Positions 50,357-57,298 of a stretch of DNA of 57,298 nucleotides are shown one piece after another (the first letter of the stretch is position 1; each line of letters starts with the position of its first letter). This DNA comes from a virus, in the IMG/VR virus record IMGVR_UViG_3300022670_000646, positions 1 to 57,298 of that record, one strand, 5' to 3'. The position numbers and the translations under genes were made by a program. The notes below the pieces were generated by a model. That model was not told the DNA's origin and did not search any database. It worked only from the letters and a program-made list of their open reading frames with translations.

Positions 50357-50824
50357 TTAAGCGTGAGGTCCAACCGTTGTAGGTGTCACCCAAAGATTCC
50401 AGTCCTGCCCAATGGTTTGCCCTGTTGCGTTGTTGTGAAAATAAAACTCATAAATCTGTGAAATAATATTGTTTGGAAGTCTTGCGCCGTAGAGATGCGA
50501 GAAGTAATTAGTATCAGCGGCTACTCCAAAATCAATGGGGAAAAACCCTAAGAAATGCGTCAGGTTATTCGCGTCTGGAACACCCGGATCGCTTGTCGAT
50601 ACAATATTTAGCGGCCTGCAATATAAATCAATAGACCCGAGAGTAGGAAATGTGGTATCGAATTGGCATTCAAGAACAGCATTGACAAAAGGCGCATCAT
50701 CATCATTCGTCAATTCACTTGATGCCTCAGAAAATGCCGTGGTTGCGACAGTTGCAGTAGTTCCGTCATCTACCTGATCTTGAGTACCAAAGAAATCAAT
50801 CAGGCTATCTGTTCCGATAGCCAT
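50357..50824 (-). CDS. Hypothetical virion-module protein
   Basis: 155-aa ORF, tightly packed with its neighbours. Confidence 0.55.
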   Translation of the reverse strand: MAIGTDSLIDFFGTQDQVDDGTTATVATTAFSEASSELTNDDDAPFVNAVLECQFDTTFPTLGSIDLYCRPLNIVSTSDPGVPDANNLTHFLGFFPIDFGVAADTNYFSHLYGARLPNNIISQIYEFYFHNNATGQTIGQDWNLWVTPTTVGPHA

Positions 50825-51147
50825 TACTGTTTACCTCGGTAATACGCCAACAACTTACGCACAGCCTCAAATGTTTCTTTGCTTTCTCCGGTAAGTTCTT
50901 CATCTGGCGTTGTATAAGAGGTTGAGCCAGCCTTGGTAGGCACATAGACGACCTTCAAGCCACTGTGAATCTGAGCGTCTAAATACCCGTGCTCTCTAAG
51001 CATGTGACCGGAAAGGCCGACTATAGTTTGGTTACAGACTTCACATTGATATCCTTTTTCGACCTGACGCTTTATCACGCCAATCGGTGTGCCCAAATAT
51101 GAAACAATTGAAACCCCATTTTTATCTGGTTTTTGAATGGTGCTCAT
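50824..51147 (-). CDS. Hypothetical protein with a C2H2-like motif
   Basis: 107 aa. CEVCNQ...HMLREH. Confidence 0.5.
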   Translation of the reverse strand: MSTIQKPDKNGVSIVSYLGTPIGVIKRQVEKGYQCEVCNQTIVGLSGHMLREHGYLDAQIHSGLKVVYVPTKAGSTSYTTPDEELTGESKETFEAVRKLLAYYRGKQ

Positions 51148-51449
51148 ACACCGGCGTCCGCATCAATAAATAAGGTGATGGCAGCATCCACATTCGCTTG
51201 TACGGCAGCGTCAGCAGCGCCCTGAATTTGTTCCACGGTTGCGCCGATATTTGCCGCCAATACCGCCATAAAAACGCGCCGAGCTTCATTCTCTGGGTTC
51301 TGAAAAGCCTTGTTGGCCCATGATTTTTGCTGGGCCGTAGCTGCCGCATCAAGCAATATTGCATTTGCCGCAACAATCACCGCTGTTGCTACCCGGTTTT
51401 TCAAGCCGCTGTCATTGAATAAGGTCCGTATTTCTGCATATGATGCCAT
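51144..51449 (-). CDS. Ala-rich hypothetical protein
   Basis: 101 aa with an AAGGA SD. Confidence 0.55.
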   Translation of the reverse strand: MASYAEIRTLFNDSGLKNRVATAVIVAANAILLDAAATAQQKSWANKAFQNPENEARRVFMAVLAANIGATVEQIQGAADAAVQANVDAAITLFIDADAGV

Positions 51450-51523
51450 TATTTATCCTTACTTGTGTCGTCACAGGGCGGGCGATCAAAATATCCTTCT
51501 TAGCCATCGCCTGATCCAGTTGA

Positions 51524-51841
51524 TCAGCCTGCGCCAAAGTCCAAAGGGGGTTCTGGATTAGTGACTCCCATGATGATGTCCATTGCGTTGCTTGGTTTTG
51601 AAACAAGGCTGGGTGCGCTGAGATAAAACGCTTTCAATGCAACAGTCGAAGCGCCATCAGGTAGGTTCATATTTGCCGTGGACTCGAAGAACTTGCCGTC
51701 AGGATTGAGTGTTCCGGGGAAACTGAGGAAGTCTGCTTCGTCCACCGTCAGCGTGTAGGATAAGTCGCCTTCAACATCGGAGCCGTCCGTGTTCTTCGTC
51801 GGCGCAGTCCATTTGAATTCTTTCGGGTTAATCTTTGCCAT
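51524..51841 (-). CDS. Small beta-rich (FN3/Ig-like?) virion protein
   Basis: 105 aa. FKWTAPTKNTDGSDVEGDLSYTL resembles an FN3-like start. Confidence 0.5.
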   Translation of the reverse strand: MAKINPKEFKWTAPTKNTDGSDVEGDLSYTLTVDEADFLSFPGTLNPDGKFFESTANMNLPDGASTVALKAFYLSAPSLVSKPSNAMDIIMGVTNPEPPLDFGAG

Positions 51842-51868
51842 AATTTAGCCTTTTACTTGTGTCGTTTA

Positions 51869-52267
51869 CTATGCGGCCTGTTGAGGAATCGCGATAATCT
51901 TCTCGATGAATCCTTGATTGGTGCGCTCAACGTTGAAGACATAGCCGGTACGCTCCGCTGGACGAGAGTTTTTCTGAATCTCAGCGAGCACTGATTTCAG
52001 CGGTGTTAAATCGAACGTCTGTGACTTACTCACATTTTGCGACTTAATGAGCGCCTGTAAGCTCGCAATCACCTCTAGTTGAACCTGATTGCGCGCTCCT
52101 TCCGCCTCGGCTCTCGCGCGATTGGACGCATTGAGTTCACTGATAGCTTTCACCAGGTCATCGAATCCGGCGATACGCTGCGCCGGCCTGTCAATTTTGA
52201 TCTTGGCGCCGCCTTTGAGCAGTTCAACCAAGTCGGCCAGGTTTAATTCATCTGAATATTCAGCCAC
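51869..52267 (-). CDS. Hypothetical virion-module protein
   Basis: 132-aa ORF. Confidence 0.55.
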   Translation of the reverse strand: MAEYSDELNLADLVELLKGGAKIKIDRPAQRIAGFDDLVKAISELNASNRARAEAEGARNQVQLEVIASLQALIKSQNVSKSQTFDLTPLKSVLAEIQKNSRPAERTGYVFNVERTNQGFIEKIIAIPQQAA

Positions 52268-54842
52268 TTACACAGTCCAGTAATTTCTGAATGACACCGC
52301 GCCGCTTCACAGCCCGGTTGAAAATCTTTTGCGCCGGCTGCTCAATCTCAACGCCCTTATCGAGTCCCTTGACGCGCACTCTATCAACAAACGAGACTTT
52401 CTGAAAATCCTGCTGCGCCGCAACCTCCGGCAGCATCGCTGAGGCCTCGGCCAACAGGGTGCCTATTTCATTGGCAGCACCACCAACCAGCTCCTCGGCA
52501 GAAACCATTGCCTCAATCGTTTCCATCAGTTCTTTGAGCTCCGTGGCATCAAGTTGCGCCAGCGTCTGTTGCCCCGCACCGAGCGCCTTGCGCACCTCCT
52601 CATTGGTCATTGTCTCAAGATCAATGCCGGCTTCAGTAATAAAGCGTTGCAGCTCATCGAGCGTAGCCGCAGTCTCCTGCAGTCCGATATCCGTGGTGCG
52701 GCCAGTAAAGACAGCCTCGCCAGCCAGTTCCCGCTCAATGGCTTCGAGCAGCAAATTAGGATCCCGGGCCGGAATGAAGTTCGCCTCATACGCCGACTCA
52801 GCCAGCCCATCCAATGTCGCGCCCTCGATATTTACCGCACCAATTTTACCCAGTGCTTGCGTTTCTTTCAGAAAATCACGCGCCTCAAGCTCAGGGTCTG
52901 GCACCAGGCCACCGCTGCTGACGATGAAATCCAGCAAGGACTCGCCGAATATCTCGCCTTGAGTTGGGATGTCGTTCATGCGCAGACGATCGATGTAGGG
53001 GTCAATGGTCGCGTCGACGTTTTCTGGCTGTGTAATGGCAGGCCCCTCGCCTTCAATGCGCTCGATACGGGACTGAAACAGTTGCCAGGCATCCATGCCG
53101 GCCTGCGGGTTGCGCTCAGCCATGGTGGAAAACACGAATTCGTTGAAGGTGGCTTGCTTTTCGGCCGCCTCAGCACTGAATCCACGCGCTAACAGGGCGC
53201 CAGTCACATACTCGTAAATCTCCGGCACGGCCGCGTACTCGGCACTGTCGGGCACCTCACCCTCTTGCAGCGCCTTCATGAGCTCAGGCGCCTCTTTTTG
53301 CCACTGCTCAGCCTCACGCATCGACATATCATCAGCGTGAAATTTAAGGTCTGGCAACAAGCCAGCATGATGCTTGGAGCCCGCGATGTATTCTGCGTAG
53401 TTGGCCATTGGAATTTCCAGATCCACACCACCAGCCTCGTCCATATTGGCGATACCGAGTTGCTGCGCCATCTCATCAGGGTCCATACCAATCTCTTGAA
53501 AATACTCACGAAACTGCTCGCGATCAATGTGCACAAACTCACCGCCGCCCTTCTCAATGACGCGCTCAGTGAAGGCCTTGAATTGTTCCGGCGTATCCGC
53601 CTTGGTTGTTGAGCCACTGGCCGCCTCATCGAGCGCTTGAAACATGAGCTTGTTTTTGCGCGCCTGACGAACTTTTAAGCTGTCGGTCATGAACGAGCCG
53701 CTGGGCCCTATCGCTGACATTAGCCCGGCGCCCCACAGCGTCTGCACGGCGATACTGGTGACCCGCTCGATGTAGTCCTGTTCGCCCTCCTGATCCATGA
53801 TGCCTTGGGCTGACTTTTGCCACTCACCGAGTCCCATCGTCACCGATTCCTGCAAAACCTCAGTGACCACCTCTACACCCAGCACTTCGCCATAGCGCAG
53901 CACGTAATTACGCGCCGCACGTTTGAAGGTGAGGTCCTTGAACACCTTGCCGGCCACCACCGAGCCAGTCATTTTACTGACTCCGGGGATGTATTTGACG
54001 CCAGTGCGAATCGAAAAGGCTTCCAATGCGGCATTCACGCCACCGGCCGCGTTCGATGCCAGCAACGCGGTCTCAGTATCAAGCCCCATCTCAATGTACT
54101 CGCCATAGGCAAAACCACGCTCGAGTCGAAACGCCGCCTCCACGGTGCCGGCTGTAAAGCCATATTTGAGTCCAGCCAAGGTCGCTGCTGGTACGGTAAT
54201 GGCCTCCTCCGGCAAGGCTACTTGTGGACCCAATTGCCCCAGGGCCAGCGCGGTACCGCCTGCAGCGATTGCCGTTAGCGCCCCCATCTCAAAACCATGG
54301 CCGACCGCATAAAACGTGGTAGGCGCTTCCTTAGCCCCCCTGACAATCAATTTGCCCCAGAATCCAGAGGCGCCGAAGTCATGCGGCTGCATCATCTCGG
54401 TGAGTTCTGTGAGTCGCTCCTCATCTTCGGGTAAAACATTGCCGGCAACATGACGATCGTAAATGCGGCCCATCTCGACCTTTGCCCAACCGCTCTGCCA
54501 ACCGAGCTCGCGCGCCCGACTGGTGCGCTCCCACCAACCGAGGTTTTTCTGATCGCGCTTCAGTACCGCCAGATGATAGGGGTTTTCAGCGGCAAAGCTC
54601 GCAAACCCAGGCGTCTCATCGATCCAGCGCTCGGCATCGAAATCCTCTCGCAAGTGCTTTTTCTCAAGCTCATCGAGGTTCGACTCAATCAGCTCCATCG
54701 GCAATCCGGTAGAACCGGCGACATTCAACACTCGGGCTGCAATCTCAGGATCGCGGTCGACGTTATTGGAAATATCGAGTCGCAGTTCCTCCTCAGCGTC
54801 AATTGCCCACTGTTCTTCTCTGCTGATACCAAGGTCTGCCAT
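52260..54842 (-). CDS. Large internal virion protein
   Basis: 860 aa with hydrophobic Gly/Ala-rich segments (e.g. GALTAIAAGGTALALGQLG). TAATG coupling at 54842. Confidence 0.7.
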   Translation of the reverse strand: MADLGISREEQWAIDAEEELRLDISNNVDRDPEIAARVLNVAGSTGLPMELIESNLDELEKKHLREDFDAERWIDETPGFASFAAENPYHLAVLKRDQKNLGWWERTSRARELGWQSGWAKVEMGRIYDRHVAGNVLPEDEERLTELTEMMQPHDFGASGFWGKLIVRGAKEAPTTFYAVGHGFEMGALTAIAAGGTALALGQLGPQVALPEEAITVPAATLAGLKYGFTAGTVEAAFRLERGFAYGEYIEMGLDTETALLASNAAGGVNAALEAFSIRTGVKYIPGVSKMTGSVVAGKVFKDLTFKRAARNYVLRYGEVLGVEVVTEVLQESVTMGLGEWQKSAQGIMDQEGEQDYIERVTSIAVQTLWGAGLMSAIGPSGSFMTDSLKVRQARKNKLMFQALDEAASGSTTKADTPEQFKAFTERVIEKGGGEFVHIDREQFREYFQEIGMDPDEMAQQLGIANMDEAGGVDLEIPMANYAEYIAGSKHHAGLLPDLKFHADDMSMREAEQWQKEAPELMKALQEGEVPDSAEYAAVPEIYEYVTGALLARGFSAEAAEKQATFNEFVFSTMAERNPQAGMDAWQLFQSRIERIEGEGPAITQPENVDATIDPYIDRLRMNDIPTQGEIFGESLLDFIVSSGGLVPDPELEARDFLKETQALGKIGAVNIEGATLDGLAESAYEANFIPARDPNLLLEAIERELAGEAVFTGRTTDIGLQETAATLDELQRFITEAGIDLETMTNEEVRKALGAGQQTLAQLDATELKELMETIEAMVSAEELVGGAANEIGTLLAEASAMLPEVAAQQDFQKVSFVDRVRVKGLDKGVEIEQPAQKIFNRAVKRRGVIQKLLDCVSG

Positions 54843-56752
54843 TAGAAGCCGGGTGTCCCAGTCACCCTACCCAGCGCGTATTCAACGCCGTGCGTGTAGT
54901 AGTAGTAGATCGCCTCCTCCAGGTCCTTGTTCTCCGGCTCCGCACCATAGCTTTTCGCCATGTTGCTGAGCCATTCTCGGAGCGGCAATTTCTTGCCTGG
55001 CGGCAATACCACCGTCTTTCTACCCTGCGGCGTCATGAAGGTAATTTCACCGACCGGCTTGATGATCTGATTGGCGCGCGGGTCGGTCAGAGATATATAG
55101 GCACTCTTGCGGTCCTCCTCACTGAGCCCTTGCGCGAGTCGCTCTTTATCAAAGCCCACAGTGCGCGTGTACACCGTGTTTTCCATGAATCGCGCCATGA
55201 GCTGATTGAGTTCTGAGCCGCGCAGCCGGGCGCCTTTCTCCTCGGAGGCCGATATCACCACCTTATTCCACTCGGTCTCAATCCGCGCCCAGCGATCTTT
55301 GAGTTCTTTATTGTCCGTCTTGGTCGGCTTGTGCGGGAAAAACTCCGACTGCACCAGATAATGCTGCAGTAGCTCCCCGGGATTCAAGCCACGCTCGGTT
55401 GTCGGCTCCTTGGCACCGGCATCCTGATACTGCTGCTGCTGTGTCTGCCACTGGCGCGCCTGCTCCAGCGTGATTTGCGTCGACCACGGCAGGTTGTCGT
55501 CATCGCCTCGCAGTTTTGGCATGTAGTCGGCTTTCAGATCAATCTTGACTTTCTCATCCGCGGGTAAATTGCGCCAGATCTCCAGCGCATCCCACTCATT
55601 GACGTCATTCCAGCCATTGCGCTCGCGAATGTTTTGCGATTCCTTGCGCAGTGCCTGTTCCTCACCATTGCTAAGCCGTGCAATTTGGCTGGAGGGAAGC
55701 TGATTGAAACTCATGCCCTCGACGTAGCCAACCCCCTCCTCCTCGCCACCACGCAACAAGTCGCGCATGGACTCGTACACAGCCAGCCGTGACTGACCAT
55801 CAATAGCCGCCTCGCTCGAGCGGCGCAGCCTGTCCTCGAGCAGAGCCTCTTTTAGGGCTTCGGGATTGTCTTTCAGATCCTTGCGCAGATACTCCTGACG
55901 CTCACGCGCATCCTTGTAATCCGGGTACAGCTCCCAGGCTTCATTACTGGACTCAAACGCCGCGCCCAGCGTGTTCTCGCGCTCATCCTGTGCCTTGAAG
56001 GTATTGAGGAGCTTTTGTTTTTCAGCGTCCGGCAGAAAATCAGCCAGCGAGCCCGTGCCGGCGCCGATCTCATCCTGCGGAAGGTTCGCCGCTATCGATT
56101 TCTCCAACGCCTCAATGGCGTCCTTGACGTCCATGGTAATCAGTTCAGCCGCGGCCACCGAGCGCACCAGTGCCTGTTGCCGGTCAATGCCATCCTGTGC
56201 GCTGATATTGCCCGTTTCTACGCTCGACTGAATCAGCTCACCGCCGGTCATGAGCATGTCGTTGCGGGTTGAGGGATCCGCATTCAGCATGTCATCCGGC
56301 AGACGATTGAGCGACTCGTCCAGGTCCGCCACTTCCGCATCGATACGCCGTACCCGCGTGGCCTCGGCCATGGCGCTAAAGCCGCGCTCCACGGTCAAAT
56401 CGCTGTCGGCGGCAAAGATCGCGGCATCGTTTGCATTGCTGATCGAGGGTGTAATGCGGTCCCGATGCACACCCATTTTATTGCGGTAGTCCTCGGCGTA
56501 AGACTCCCACTTACCGTCTTCTTCAAGCTCACGGCGCGTCTGAATGTCGGCCTGCAGCAAGCGGGATTTAGCCGTGGCATAAGCAAGATGATCTTCTTTG
56601 CCCTTGCGCTCAGAGATGACTCTAACCAGCGTGTCCGCCGCCGTGCCCAGCGCATCGGCAACCGCCAGCTCACCGGAGCCCGGCACATCCAATCGATTCG
56701 ATCGCAAGGAGGGGCGAGCACCGTAGTCAACTGATTGTGGGATTTCAGCCAT
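54842..56752 (-). CDS. Internal virion protein
   Basis: 636-aa ORF in the virion block. Confidence 0.7.
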   Translation of the reverse strand: MAEIPQSVDYGARPSLRSNRLDVPGSGELAVADALGTAADTLVRVISERKGKEDHLAYATAKSRLLQADIQTRRELEEDGKWESYAEDYRNKMGVHRDRITPSISNANDAAIFAADSDLTVERGFSAMAEATRVRRIDAEVADLDESLNRLPDDMLNADPSTRNDMLMTGGELIQSSVETGNISAQDGIDRQQALVRSVAAAELITMDVKDAIEALEKSIAANLPQDEIGAGTGSLADFLPDAEKQKLLNTFKAQDERENTLGAAFESSNEAWELYPDYKDARERQEYLRKDLKDNPEALKEALLEDRLRRSSEAAIDGQSRLAVYESMRDLLRGGEEEGVGYVEGMSFNQLPSSQIARLSNGEEQALRKESQNIRERNGWNDVNEWDALEIWRNLPADEKVKIDLKADYMPKLRGDDDNLPWSTQITLEQARQWQTQQQQYQDAGAKEPTTERGLNPGELLQHYLVQSEFFPHKPTKTDNKELKDRWARIETEWNKVVISASEEKGARLRGSELNQLMARFMENTVYTRTVGFDKERLAQGLSEEDRKSAYISLTDPRANQIIKPVGEITFMTPQGRKTVVLPPGKKLPLREWLSNMAKSYGAEPENKDLEEAIYYYYTHGVEYALGRVTGTPGF

Positions 56753-56795
56753 TATGGCTCTACGAGATCGTCGATGAGTGTTCGTTTCATATCAG

Positions 56796-57298
56796 CTATG
56801 CTCCGGCAGCGTCGGCATCGACCAGATAGAAATGTAACTTAACGTCAACTCTTGTTCCATTTGCCTCTGCTTTTGCTCTAAACCAAATATCTGTTAATGC
56901 TTTAATCTTGATGTGAGACTTAAATTCTTCATCGTGAACACCCTCGACACCAAAGGCATTCCAGAGAATTCTGCGTGGGTCCATGGGTGCTGATGTGTCT
57001 AAAATCCCTTCTCGTTCATACAATATGATATCAACCGTCTTATTAGTTCCGATCTGAACATTGACAGTCAGGTGCGATATATACATTACCTTGCCAAGTG
57101 GAACAGTCCAAAACCCATTGCTTGCTTCACCTAAACCGTATTGCACTGAAACATCAACACTCCCCTCCTCACCTACCATTTTAGAAAGCAAAGCACCATT
57201 GGCGAAAGTGGCATTGGTTACTCTACATTCTATATCTCCTTCATGTGAACCCCCGTAAGTTCCCACTGTTTCGTTGTGCAGCTTATTCACTCGGATAT
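56796..57298 (-). CDS. C-terminal part of the 403-aa junction-spanning structural protein (see 1..853)
   Basis: The frame is open from 57298 to the stop at 56796. The ATG at 57290 in the ORF track is an internal Met. Confidence 0.7.
   Translation of the reverse strand, partial: IRVNKLHNETVGTYGGSHEGDIECRVTNATFANGALLSKMVGEEGSVDVSVQYGLGEASNGFWTVPLGKVMYISHLTVNVQIGTNKTVDIILYEREGILDTSAPMDPRRILWNAFGVEGVHDEEFKSHIKIKALTDIWFRAKAEANGTRVDVKLHFYLVDADAAGA
57155..57298. repeat. Terminal direct repeat copy 2
   Basis: Identical to bases 1-144. Confidence 0.95.

Noticed and set aside
1-57298. CRISPR arrays, integrase/att sites, inteins, programmed frameshift sites
   Set aside because: No spaced direct repeats of 25-40 nt were seen. 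No tyrosine or serine recombinase motifs were found. terL, portal and helicase have normal lengths without insertions. No slippery-site pair of tail-chaperone ORFs is present, as expected for a podovirus-like layout.

Overview
This window is a complete tailed-phage genome of 57,154 unique bp. Bases 1-144 repeat exactly at 57155-57298, and the repeat lies inside a structural gene. It is therefore an assembly overlap of a circular or circularly permuted genome, not a physical end. The gene content looks podovirus-like. (1) One very long minus-strand late block runs from terS (18257) through about 12 small ORFs, terL, portal, scaffold, major capsid, tail-tubular A/B-like genes and a short fibre. 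It then crosses the junction into 403/636/860-aa virion proteins, accessory tail genes, a 1473-aa internal protein, a beta-helix tailspike and an endolysin/holin/spanin cassette, ending at 37486. (2) A minus-strand early block (34049 down to 20443) encodes an RHH regulator, a HerA/FtsK-like ATPase, HNH nucleases, ParB-like and Lar-like proteins, an SF2 helicase, RusA, a Ref-like nuclease and many small ORFs. (3) The plus-strand islands are 18427-20426 (J-domain protein plus HTH regulators), 34166-37395 (DUF1351-like/ERF/YqaJ recombination module) and two single-gene inserts, an HNH gene at 892-1401 and a secreted-protein moron at 6949-7659. I saw no integrase, DNA or RNA polymerase, tRNA or CRISPR array. 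Most genes are joined by ATGA/GTGA/TTGA/TAATG stop-start overlaps, and I used these to trim over-extended ORF-track starts. The observations most worth follow-up are: (a) a dispersed family of 19-bp palindromes, GGGGTGA-N5-TCACCCC, with three perfect copies 14-22 nt upstream of start codons and a variant inside the ParB-like gene; (b) a HerA/FtsK-type ATPase coupled to an HNH nuclease and followed by about 570 nt that is open in one frame but has non-native codon usage (structured RNA, origin or orphan gene); (c) a homing-endonuclease insertion footprint with a synonymously recoded duplicate of the fibre gene's last codons; (d) direct repeats and leaderless-type promoters; (e) two receptor-binding proteins that share one anchor domain. 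All functional calls rest on motif recognition by eye and on synteny. No database search was run.
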